The translations under genes were made by a program, and so were the position numbers. The notes under the pieces were generated by a model that worked only from the letters and a program-made list of their open reading frames with translations, was not told the origin of the DNA and searched no databases. A stretch of DNA of 20,000 bases, from the IMG/VR virus record IMGVR_UViG_3300025759_009745. One strand, given 5' to 3'. This document shows, one piece after another, positions 8,645 to 17,444 of this stretch; positions within the stretch are counted from its first letter, which is position 1; the number at the start of each line of letters is the position of its first letter. This DNA comes from an uncultured virus (IMG/VR IMGVR_UViG_3300025759_009745). Taxonomy: Duplodnaviria > Heunggongvirae > Uroviricota > Caudoviricetes.

Positions 8645-9399
8645 TACGGTTCTCCATGATACATCACGCCACAAAAAATCCTTAATCCACCAGCACCGTT
8701 AGTTAACCTAAGTACAACATCTCCAACGTCTGGAGTAACTGTTGCTGCACCCCTTGGGCTATCCATAGGAGTTGCCGTGTTAATAGTGACATCCGCAACC
8801 TCATTATAATTGCTAATTATTCTGGTTGTACTTCCCGCTATTACTTCAAATTTCAACTGAGATGGAGCAAAATTAAAATCCTCTCTAATATTAGTATTTG
8901 AAGGAAGATTAAAGTCAACAGCAAAACCCCAAGTAATATCTGCGTCTGTACCATCGACTCTTGTTATAACGCCTATAGCCAGTTCTCCATCTGGATTTCC
9001 GCTATCATGAGCTAAGTGTACATTAATGGTAGATATGTCGATTCTAGACACATCATCATGCGGGAAATTAACTGTATCATCTAGGTCTACTAAAATATAA
9101 TCAGTATTTCCGGTGCCGACAGAATCATCATGAACAACTGCATAAACATTTCTTTCTCGCTCTGTAACTGTTGTTGCAAGCTCACCATCTTCTGTTACCT
9201 TAGCGTCAAACTTTGTAGCACCGGAGAAAAACTCGTCACCACGAATTTTCATTGGCACAGGATTAGTATCAGAAACATCACCGTCATTAACACCGTCATC
9301 GCCTATAATCATTTTAGAACGAGGATATTTTACGCCAAGAATCTCATCCGCAGCTATATTCGCGCCAGCGCCTGGGGTTATTTGAACATTATCTGCCAT
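8644..9399 (-). CDS. Hypothetical virion structural protein (251 aa, acidic, beta-rich)
   Basis: Long ORF; MADNVQITPGAGANIAADEI...GDVSDTNPVPM is a fibre/spike-like N-terminus; lies downstream of a promoter motif. Confidence 0.55.
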   Translation of the reverse strand: MADNVQITPGAGANIAADEILGVKYPRSKMIIGDDGVNDGDVSDTNPVPMKIRGDEFFSGATKFDAKVTEDGELATTVTERERNVYAVVHDDSVGTGNTDYILVDLDDTVNFPHDDVSRIDISTINVHLAHDSGNPDGELAIGVITRVDGTDADITWGFAVDFNLPSNTNIREDFNFAPSQLKFEVIAGSTTRIISNYNEVADVTINTATPMDSPRGAATVTPDVGDVVLRLTNGAGGLRIFCGVMYHGEP

Positions 9400-9498
9400 T
9401 TATTATCTCGCAAGTTCTAGGTGTAGTATTCTGTTTACAGTTAGTATAAGCTCATAAATATCAGCATTTTCTCCATGTAGAATGCTGTATTTATATAA

Positions 9499-9509
9499 TA
9501 TTATACACA
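9499..9509 (-). promoter_or_regulatory. Putative late promoter TGTGTATAATA
   Basis: Second copy of the intergenic 11-mer, preceded by a T-tract on the minus strand. Confidence 0.65.
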
Positions 9510-9641
9510 AAAAAAACTATTTAATAATCTAACCCTTTAATCAAGGGTGTTTCCTTTACTCCGTCTAACACCCCAGTTAGTAGTGGAGGAAACGTCTGTT
9601 ATTCTTGTTCCTAAAATTATACTATTCCTGCCATTTTTCAC

Positions 9642-10682
9642 CTATTTATTGAGAAGATAACGAGCCTCGTTGACAAATGACTGAAACAAAAGCGGATCTA
9701 ATTCAAGATCTTGAACGAAGTGTTCATAAGTCTCATGTAGCGGACAGTCAATTTCTGACAAACCAAGTACATAATTTCTAGCTTTACTAGTGTTTCCCGT
9801 ATTATAATATACACCGCTTGGTTTCTCAAACCTATGAAGCCACTTCAAGAACGGTAAGCAATAAACTTTTCTTCCATTCTTTCTGTATTTTTCTGCTATG
9901 TATCCTTCTTCACCACCAAAACCTTGAAGTAATTTATTATAGCCCAGCCAACTATCTTTTTTTGTTAAAAAACAACCAGTACCTTGCGCCCATATCTCAA
10001 AGGGTCTATCACTATTGAGCAAACAAGTAAATTCACATTCTTCTTTTTTTAGAAATTTGTAGTAGGATTCTGGATTTTCTAGATCTAAATCATCGTCCTC
10101 AAATGACAAATCGCAGTGAGGACATTTTGTGTGTTTTATTTGTTTTACACTATCAAAGACTTCAAAATTTTCTGCAAAAAAGTAGAAAGATCCACACCTA
10201 CACCTCATACCAAGCTGCCAAGTACCCCACATGCCATTAGACCACTTCTTTTTAAAAAACGGAAATGATACTGATAATCTATCCTGCACTAATGGTCCAT
10301 AAAACAAATCCTCTGTATCTTGATTTTCATCTATAAAGTTAATTATTTTTTCCATCGTATTAACAACGGGGCATAGCAAAACATGGCAATCTAAAACTAA
10401 AACAAAAGGACTATTAGACTTTTCAATAATCCTATTTTTTACTTTTGCAGAACCTTCCTCGTCGTATACATCATAGACTAGTGGCGCTAGAGACTCAGTT
10501 GCAAATCTTTTTAACATATCTGAGTGTGGAGAGTTGTAACTATTGTCAACAATCACAAATTCTATTTTATCTAATAAATCCATCCTATCATTGAACATTA
10601 ATTCTTTTTTTATGTCCTGTATTGTAAACCAAGCTCCATCAAAATCATGATGATGAGCAATTCCTATTGATAATTTCTTCAT
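9642..10682 (-). CDS. GT-A fold glycosyltransferase (GT2 / ppGalNAc-T-like), 346 aa; start revised to MKKLSIG
   Basis: LSIGI..., EFVIVDN, SAKVKNRII, FVLVLDCH (DxH, 10383-10391), GCFLTKKDSWLGY...GFGGEE (9906-9917), WLHRF; AGGAGG RBS at 10687-10692. Confidence 0.85.
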   Translation of the reverse strand: MKKLSIGIAHHHDFDGAWFTIQDIKKELMFNDRMDLLDKIEFVIVDNSYNSPHSDMLKRFATESLAPLVYDVYDEEGSAKVKNRIIEKSNSPFVLVLDCHVLLCPVVNTMEKIINFIDENQDTEDLFYGPLVQDRLSVSFPFFKKKWSNGMWGTWQLGMRCRCGSFYFFAENFEVFDSVKQIKHTKCPHCDLSFEDDDLDLENPESYYKFLKKEECEFTCLLNSDRPFEIWAQGTGCFLTKKDSWLGYNKLLQGFGGEEGYIAEKYRKNGRKVYCLPFLKWLHRFEKPSGVYYNTGNTSKARNYVLGLSEIDCPLHETYEHFVQDLELDPLLFQSFVNEARYLLNK

Positions 10683-10690
10683 TTTTCCTC

Positions 10691-12067
10691 CTAACCGGTA
10701 CAAGTAAAAGGTATTACGTCTGCGCACGAAAGACCAGCATAATAAGTTCCACCGCATTGTAAAACCCCCGTTTCAACGCAGGGTGTTCCATCATCATAAC
10801 AACAAGCTCCACCCATAAAAGTACATGGATTATCAACGCAGTCTTCTCCTTCAAAAAATCTTCCAGGCCCAAGACCTTCTGACGCCCAATAATCATCACA
10901 AGCCTCTTGATCGGGTTGCCAACTGCAATCACCTACTGCTGAACCTATTTTTCCAAACGGTGGACAACAAGCGCCATACCCACTAAGTTGCACATAAGCA
11001 CAATTTTCCGGCCCATCGTAAGTAGCGGATGAATCTAATGTACCCAAACTATCACAGAGGCGGCGAACGTTGCTGGTCGAACAACCTTCTTCGCCACAAC
11101 ATTTACCAAGACATGGTATCATTTCATCAACTCTACCGGCTGAAGTATAGCAAGAACCATCTCTAACTCTTATTTTTGTCGCCAGGAATCTCTGAGGATA
11201 ACAACCACTTTGTGTGATTCTAATACTCATTGAGTCAATAACTTGACCTGTACGATCATCAATAAACTCTCTAGTAAAATCATAAGGTAAAGAACAACCA
11301 CTAAAACAAAAAGCTGGTTCGGGACAAATACTACAATTATGAAAAACAAAATCCTCGCAAATAAATTCATGAGGATCATCTATAGTTATATCATAAAGTT
11401 TAGTTTGAAAATCAGCACCTGAAAATTCTATATCTTTGATTGTTTCATATCCGTCTTTAGAAACTACACAATCACCTACTGACAACTCCCCAACTAAATC
11501 AATGTAAGAATAATTATTATTACACATTTCGTAGTTAGCGGCTTTAAATCCTTCTGTTGTTTTTATTGGGTGATCCTCAGTAAAGAAGAACTTGCTATTA
11601 TTTATTGATATCAGCCTTCTATCCCCCAAGCAGGGGTTTTCTAAAGCGTGTACTTTTTTATCGCCATCTAGAGTAGAAACTGTGTCACCAACCTGTATTT
11701 CTTCTATAGATTTATTACCAGTTGGAGTTAATACTAAAGAGCCAGATGTAAAACATGTATAGATCCCACCACATCCAGAACCATAAGGTTGTATCCAAAC
11801 CTGTGAGTTGGGCGATGGTTTGTTATTAGTAGGACGTATTTCATCCAAACCACTCCCAACGCAACCAATATCAGGTATAAAATTACCCCCAAAGACCATA
11901 CATTCAAAATCTGTAGCATAAGAACATAAGCTATCACAGTTGCCACAATTTTGACACCCCGGTATCCAACAACAAGCGCCTGAAACACAAGGGGCTGGAG
12001 TACAACATTTCCAAGATTCATCACAGTAAGGGTTATAACCCTGGTAAAAACTTCTAGGTCTTCCCAT
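10691..12067 (-). CDS. Cysteine-rich protein (GACC/GKCC repeats) containing a Hint/mini-intein domain (458 aa)
   Basis: About 37 Cys outside the Hint domain; GACC x3 and GKCC x1; intein motifs at residues 105-244. Confidence 0.8.
   Translation of the reverse strand: MGRPRSFYQGYNPYCDESWKCCTPAPCVSGACCWIPGCQNCGNCDSLCSYATDFECMVFGGNFIPDIGCVGSGLDEIRPTNNKPSPNSQVWIQPYGSGCGGIYTCFTSGSLVLTPTGNKSIEEIQVGDTVSTLDGDKKVHALENPCLGDRRLISINNSKFFFTEDHPIKTTEGFKAANYEMCNNNYSYIDLVGELSVGDCVVSKDGYETIKDIEFSGADFQTKLYDITIDDPHEFICEDFVFHNCSICPEPAFCFSGCSLPYDFTREFIDDRTGQVIDSMSIRITQSGCYPQRFLATKIRVRDGSCYTSAGRVDEMIPCLGKCCGEEGCSTSNVRRLCDSLGTLDSSATYDGPENCAYVQLSGYGACCPPFGKIGSAVGDCSWQPDQEACDDYWASEGLGPGRFFEGEDCVDNPCTFMGGACCYDDGTPCVETGVLQCGGTYYAGLSCADVIPFTCTG
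11336..11755 (-). mobile_element. Mini-intein / Hint domain (140 aa, no endonuclease)
   Basis: Block A CFTSGSLVLTPTGNKSIEEIQVGDTV, block B FTEDHP, block F LYDITIDDPHEF, block G VFHN followed by Cys+1. Confidence 0.88.
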
Positions 12068-12092
12068 TAAATTTCCTTTATCACGCTAAACC

Positions 12093-15000
12093 CTAAAGAC
12101 AACCAGAACAAGACACATAAATAGGTCTATATTCACCATTTATAAAAGTAGCAACAACATAGTCTCCACCACTAATGGCTAAACTTTTATCCCTATTTAC
12201 AATTACTTCATCGCCACCAAAACTGAATGTATTATTTCTAGTTTTTAAATAACCGCTAGTTGGGGTTTGAAAATCAGTTGGAGCTTCTATATTAAATGTA
12301 GATTGACCATGACTACCAGTAAGACCACTAACAAACCCCTCAATCATTGGTTCTGGAGAGAAATTAACCCCATCTGTTACTCTTGGATAAGCTCCTGCAA
12401 AAGCAAAAGAGCCACTATGAGTCTTCATAACAGTTAGATTATTAAATGCGTCACTCTCACCAGAACCATAATATGGAGCGGATAAATATCCACCAGAGTT
12501 AACAATTACATTTCCAATAAAACTATTATCACCACTATCAACAACTAACAATCCAGAATCAACAGGGGCAGCAAAATCATAGGAAGTTTTACGTATTTGT
12601 AATGCATTGAAATTACCACTTCCGGCAGTATTAAATTCAGTACCAACTAGTGTCAAGCCAGAACCAGCGGTATAAGTTCCACCTACACCACCGCCGAATG
12701 TTCCTGCTGCCCAGCCGCTTACAGCTATTCCAGAGTCTATAATTGTTGATGTGGCCCAGCCACTTATACCAATTGGGTCAATAACAAAATTCTGATCTAC
12801 CGAATTGTAGGAAACATTGATACCGCTAATCCCACTAACAAATAATGTCTCCCCGTTAGTTATCGTTCCTCTATTTGTAACTCCATCTCCAACATCAAAT
12901 GAGGTCATACCACCACCACCACCGGTGGTAATAGTTACTTGACCCCCACCATCATCTGTTAATGTTCCGTTACTAACAACAATTGTATTTACATCTGATA
13001 CTGACGGGCTACCATCAGCTTCTTTTACTGTTAAAGCAAATGAGCCTTCCGCCCATCCACTTATACCAATAGGATCTACTACAAAATTTTGATCCACCGC
13101 ATTGTAAGACACATTGATGCCGCTAATACCACTAACAAACAGGGTTTCATCATTGGTTATTGATCCTCTATTTGTAAGACCATCTCCAACATTAAACGAT
13201 GTCATCCCGCCGCCGCCAGTACTGAATGTCCCATCTGCCCAACCGCTGACAGCAATCCCACTGTTAATAATAGTTTCTAAGGCCCAACCACTAAGACCAT
13301 CTGCCGTTATAGTTAAATTATTAGTACCGTCGTTATATGATGTCTCAACACCTTTACTGCCAACCCAATTAATTTGTGTGGTATTTCCAACGGTTTCAGT
13401 GTTAGATCCATCACTAACAGTCCAAGAATAACTTCCACCAGCATTAAATGTATTTGCGGCCCAGCCGCTAACACCTAGTATTCCACTTAAAAGACCAGAC
13501 CCAGATCTATGGTAGAAATCATCAAAGTCAAAACCACTACAGCTTACACCCCAAACAAACTCGTCATCACAGTACCAAGTCTGCATGAAACCAGACGGTG
13601 TATCTACGTGACCTTGGAATAAGCTATCTTTTCTTACAGATAGTGGAGCTTCTGGGTCTAATACTGCATCGCCAATAGATAGTTTTCTATCATTGGTGTC
13701 TCCAGCGATTACATTCTGTATGTGTATTTTATCGCTAACGTCTTGGGCGTACAATATTCTTTGGTTATCATCTAATCCAACGACTATTTCTATATTGTTC
13801 GATCCAGTCTCTGTACTGTTTACAACCCCACGAAGGGCGTTTTGACCAATACCCAAGGAGTAAGAAAAATTACTGTCTAGTCCAGCGTTTTGACCAATGA
13901 ATACAGAATCTGTAGCAGAAGCAGAGTTCTTACCAGCATTTGTACCTATGAATAATCCATTGTCTATACTGTCGGCATTATTACCAGCGTTATGACCAAT
14001 AAATATTGATGCAGTATCAATCGCTAAAGATGGGTTAGGCGTAGTTGCATTAGAGCCAGCCTCACTACCAATCATGATAGTATTTAACCATCCCGTCGCA
14101 GCACTGCCAACATTGCAACCAATAAATACAGTTCCAGAGTTTAAAGTCTCTTGTATTAATGGTGGATTGTTTGCAACAACTACATTGCAATTATCCACAA
14201 CTAGTGAGGGTGCATCTAGTCCAGATGAAATATATTCTCCAAGGTCATCAATAGATATTTTAGCAACCATGTCACCTAGGCCGCTAGCAATCTCAACAGG
14301 CAAGTATGATTCTTGAGTGTCTAATAGGCCAGTATTAGATACATCAAATAAGTCAGTGAAGTCTAAATGGAATTCTCCTGAACTAGTAACTTCATCGTAC
14401 TCATACCTTATTCCAGTGCCACCAATACTAGCAATTCCACTTGAAGTTTCTAAAGAAAACCCATTAGCAAATCTTATTGCTCCACGAAGTAATAAATCAC
14501 CGTCTAGTTTTGCGTAAGGTCTAGTTGGAGAAGGTGTAAAGTAATTAACTTCATTGGTCATGGGGTCTGCTTGATGATCTAGATGTAATAACACTCTGGA
14601 GTCACCATCTCCATCAACAAAATTAAACGCAACGTAACCATCAACTCTATCGTTATTAGCATTATCTACAAAATTAATATCAGCAACTTCTCTGCCGCCA
14701 GAAGTACCGTATGTAAACTGTAGTAAGTTGTTACCAGCGGCATCGTGGAATAAATTAAGATCACCCTCACGAAGATTAAGACTCTCCGATTCTACTGCTA
14801 CTTCTTGTTGAGCAGCAAGATAAAGTCTTTTATTTGGGCCTACTAAGCCAGAAATAACCGGAGTTGTGACACCAATCTGTAATACATAATTTCCAGTCTG
14901 ACTCGTTAAATCTGTCCCAAGTGATATATTATAATCAACATCTGATGAAACATTATTACCCCAGCCGACTATAGTATTATAACTACCATCTACACCAGAG

Positions 15001-17435
15001 AAGGCACCATGACCAAGATATGTATTATTTACACCCGTTTCTGTCGCCTCGCCCGCCTTAAATCCAACTGCGGTATTCTGATCTCCAGTAGATATGCCAC
15101 TTAGGGCTGAATATCCAAGGGCCGTATTCTCGGTCGCCGCACCAGCGACAGGTCTTGTCGCAGGAGAAAACCATCCGCCAAAAGTGTTTCCATTGGCATC
15201 GCCATACAGCAATCCATCTTGAGTGCTGTTTGGATTTGGGATCATATTGTGGATATTTCCACCATCATCCATAAAGTACAAACTTTGAGTTTGACCACCG
15301 GCAATCTTTTCTTTTACATATAATTTACCGAAGTCAGTTGTAGTAGATGGGTCTACAGCCTGTTCTTTTATTGCGATTGTTCCACTATTTGTAGAATTAA
15401 GAGAAACAATTAATGGATCTGTCATACCGTAAGCGGTTGGACCAATTGTAACATTTCCACTAACTTCTAGTCTTCCATTTGTTAGCTGTACATCATTGGT
15501 TGTATGACTTATTTCAATGGCTTGAGTATAAGTATCTATATCATCATATGATCTGAAGTAAGTGTTGTTATCAATTGGATTATAAGACACCTCAATACCA
15601 GAGGCAGGCTTATTACCATTAGACATAAGCTGTAAAGAAACTTCATTCTTACCAGAAGAAGAAACTCTAAGATCAGCCTCAGAATCAGAGTAGATATTGA
15701 ATATAGTCTCTGGATTAAATACTTCTGTGTTGTCTGCGTAGCTAACATTAGTTACACCTACTAAGCCGTTACCAAGCTCTCCGCTTGTCCGCATAACAGT
15801 TACAGCTTCTAGAACTGGATTTACATTTCCAGAATCATAAATATGTAATGATAGCCTGTCTTTAGGTTGATTATTAGAATTTAACTCATTTTTATGGTCA
15901 TGATAAATAAAACCAAAACCGTGAGGGTCGCCAGAAACTCTTGTTGTATATCTAGTTCCTACTTCAATGCCAGAGCCAGGAGAACCAAAAGAAACTATAT
16001 AGTTATCATTAACACCAGAATCACCAAGGAAGTTTACGTCTACTCCAGAGAAATATGGATAATCAGCATCTAAATCTCTTTCATAAGCAACATGTACTTT
16101 ATCTGGAGAATTAGTAGTTAAAAATATACCTTGGCAACCACTCTGCTTAACTAAAGCTAACTTACTGTCACCAAGAATCCTATCTGTAGCAACATGTCTG
16201 CCGGGGAGAGTTTTGATACTTACATTAGATTCCCAATGAGATCTAGAATAAACACTGTCTTCTTCTAGGCATTCTATATTTTGGTCACTAGACCTAAATA
16301 ACCAACTATAATCTCTTATGTAACTAGTACCACTGGCGTGAGCTATGAATCCAGCACCATCAATACCGGCATCGCTTAAATATCCGCAAACCTTGCTTGC
16401 TTCTGCCCAGTCACCGTCATCGCACAATCCGCTAGAACCAAGGTGTAAAGTTGTGCATTCATATAAACATTCCGTTAGGGTGTTGTACTCAAAATTATTA
16501 ATACTAGCTCTGCCACTAACTAGAATGTCGTTGAAATAACCATCCCACCTCAAGTTTTCAACACCTAGACTATATACACTATCTATATTAGGTACAACAT
16601 TACCATCTACAGTAAGAATACCCTGAACTCCAGAGGGAGAGTCCGTACCAATACCAACCTTACCGCCAGAAAAATAAACAAGCTCATTAACAGAAGACCA
16701 AGCCGTATTTGCATTACCTAGATTAAAGTTGTAGTCTAAAGAAGGGGTTATATCACCAGAAGTTTGTAATACACCATGTGGATGTAGGTACTTTACATTA
16801 ACACCCATTCTACGTGAATCCATATCCCCGTATATAAGGGGGTTTGGACCATCATCATAGTTTGTTACACAACCAGAAACTGCCCCTGGATGCGCACCAA
16901 TAAACAATTTATAATTGTCGTATTGATTAATGTAATAACCAGCCCCATAACCAACTCCTACATTAAAGTTACCTTGCTTATTATCAGATAAAGCTAAATA
17001 TCCTAAAGCTGTATTACCAGAACCCTGGAGGTTTGAAGTTAACGCATAGTGGCCCAATGCTGTATTTAAAGACCCGTAAAGATTACAATCTAAGGTGTTT
17101 ATACCTATAGATACATTTTCTTTACCGTCGTAGTTTTGCTTTAATACATTATATCCAATAGCAATATTATCACAAGTTTCTCGTCCAACAAACTCTAATT
17201 TTTGTAAGTTGTCCCTACCTATTATAATAGTTCTTTTGTATCTAGAGCTTCCTGTCCTATTTTCTTCTTTAAAATTATTGCTATATAAATTGACACCGGA
17301 CAAGAGGCTATTTATAGAATCTCCCAAATCCACAAACATTGTTCTCAGATCTGACGGAGATATAGCCTGAGAAGACTGGTCTGGGAATAGAGTATTTATT
17401 TGATTTAAATACTCTGACTTAGATAGTATTGCCAT
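12093..17435 (-). CDS. Large fibre-like structural protein (1780 aa), mosaic of beta-solenoid and SGW repeats
   Basis: NTALGxxAL / FIGxNAG ~14-aa solenoid blocks, KVGIGTDSP fibre motif, internal duplication; Gly/Ser/Asn-rich. Confidence 0.7.
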   Translation of the reverse strand: MAILSKSEYLNQINTLFPDQSSQAISPSDLRTMFVDLGDSINSLLSGVNLYSNNFKEENRTGSSRYKRTIIIGRDNLQKLEFVGRETCDNIAIGYNVLKQNYDGKENVSIGINTLDCNLYGSLNTALGHYALTSNLQGSGNTALGYLALSDNKQGNFNVGVGYGAGYYINQYDNYKLFIGAHPGAVSGCVTNYDDGPNPLIYGDMDSRRMGVNVKYLHPHGVLQTSGDITPSLDYNFNLGNANTAWSSVNELVYFSGGKVGIGTDSPSGVQGILTVDGNVVPNIDSVYSLGVENLRWDGYFNDILVSGRASINNFEYNTLTECLYECTTLHLGSSGLCDDGDWAEASKVCGYLSDAGIDGAGFIAHASGTSYIRDYSWLFRSSDQNIECLEEDSVYSRSHWESNVSIKTLPGRHVATDRILGDSKLALVKQSGCQGIFLTTNSPDKVHVAYERDLDADYPYFSGVDVNFLGDSGVNDNYIVSFGSPGSGIEVGTRYTTRVSGDPHGFGFIYHDHKNELNSNNQPKDRLSLHIYDSGNVNPVLEAVTVMRTSGELGNGLVGVTNVSYADNTEVFNPETIFNIYSDSEADLRVSSSGKNEVSLQLMSNGNKPASGIEVSYNPIDNNTYFRSYDDIDTYTQAIEISHTTNDVQLTNGRLEVSGNVTIGPTAYGMTDPLIVSLNSTNSGTIAIKEQAVDPSTTTDFGKLYVKEKIAGGQTQSLYFMDDGGNIHNMIPNPNSTQDGLLYGDANGNTFGGWFSPATRPVAGAATENTALGYSALSGISTGDQNTAVGFKAGEATETGVNNTYLGHGAFSGVDGSYNTIVGWGNNVSSDVDYNISLGTDLTSQTGNYVLQIGVTTPVISGLVGPNKRLYLAAQQEVAVESESLNLREGDLNLFHDAAGNNLLQFTYGTSGGREVADINFVDNANNDRVDGYVAFNFVDGDGDSRVLLHLDHQADPMTNEVNYFTPSPTRPYAKLDGDLLLRGAIRFANGFSLETSSGIASIGGTGIRYEYDEVTSSGEFHLDFTDLFDVSNTGLLDTQESYLPVEIASGLGDMVAKISIDDLGEYISSGLDAPSLVVDNCNVVVANNPPLIQETLNSGTVFIGCNVGSAATGWLNTIMIGSEAGSNATTPNPSLAIDTASIFIGHNAGNNADSIDNGLFIGTNAGKNSASATDSVFIGQNAGLDSNFSYSLGIGQNALRGVVNSTETGSNNIEIVVGLDDNQRILYAQDVSDKIHIQNVIAGDTNDRKLSIGDAVLDPEAPLSVRKDSLFQGHVDTPSGFMQTWYCDDEFVWGVSCSGFDFDDFYHRSGSGLLSGILGVSGWAANTFNAGGSYSWTVSDGSNTETVGNTTQINWVGSKGVETSYNDGTNNLTITADGLSGWALETIINSGIAVSGWADGTFSTGGGGMTSFNVGDGLTNRGSITNDETLFVSGISGINVSYNAVDQNFVVDPIGISGWAEGSFALTVKEADGSPSVSDVNTIVVSNGTLTDDGGGQVTITTGGGGGMTSFDVGDGVTNRGTITNGETLFVSGISGINVSYNSVDQNFVIDPIGISGWATSTIIDSGIAVSGWAAGTFGGGVGGTYTAGSGLTLVGTEFNTAGSGNFNALQIRKTSYDFAAPVDSGLLVVDSGDNSFIGNVIVNSGGYLSAPYYGSGESDAFNNLTVMKTHSGSFAFAGAYPRVTDGVNFSPEPMIEGFVSGLTGSHGQSTFNIEAPTDFQTPTSGYLKTRNNTFSFGGDEVIVNRDKSLAISGGDYVVATFINGEYRPIYVSCSGCL
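12753..13217 (-). repeat. Direct duplication of a ~56-aa module (GGGGMTSF.VGDG.TNRG.ITN.ETLFVSGISGINVSYN.VDQNFV.DPIGISGWA) at 13050-13217 and 12753-12920
   Basis: Two copies 297 bp apart, nearly identical in protein, with many synonymous differences. Confidence 0.9.
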
Positions 17436-17444
17436 TATTTATCT

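Noticed and set aside
9532..9548. ACCCTT-TAATC-AAGGGT hairpin as a terminator after the glycosyltransferase
   Set aside because: Only a 6-bp stem with no adjacent U-tract; too weak to call
9537..9644. TAG readthrough or alternative genetic code (the frame continues 34 codons past the transferase TAG)
   Set aside because: Long ORFs up to 1780 aa have no internal TAG or TGA and genes tile tightly under code 11, so there is no sign of recoding
12753..13217. Duplicated segment as a DGR template/variable repeat pair
   Set aside because: Both copies are in frame within one CDS, the differences are mostly synonymous and not adenine-specific, and there is no reverse transcriptase in the window
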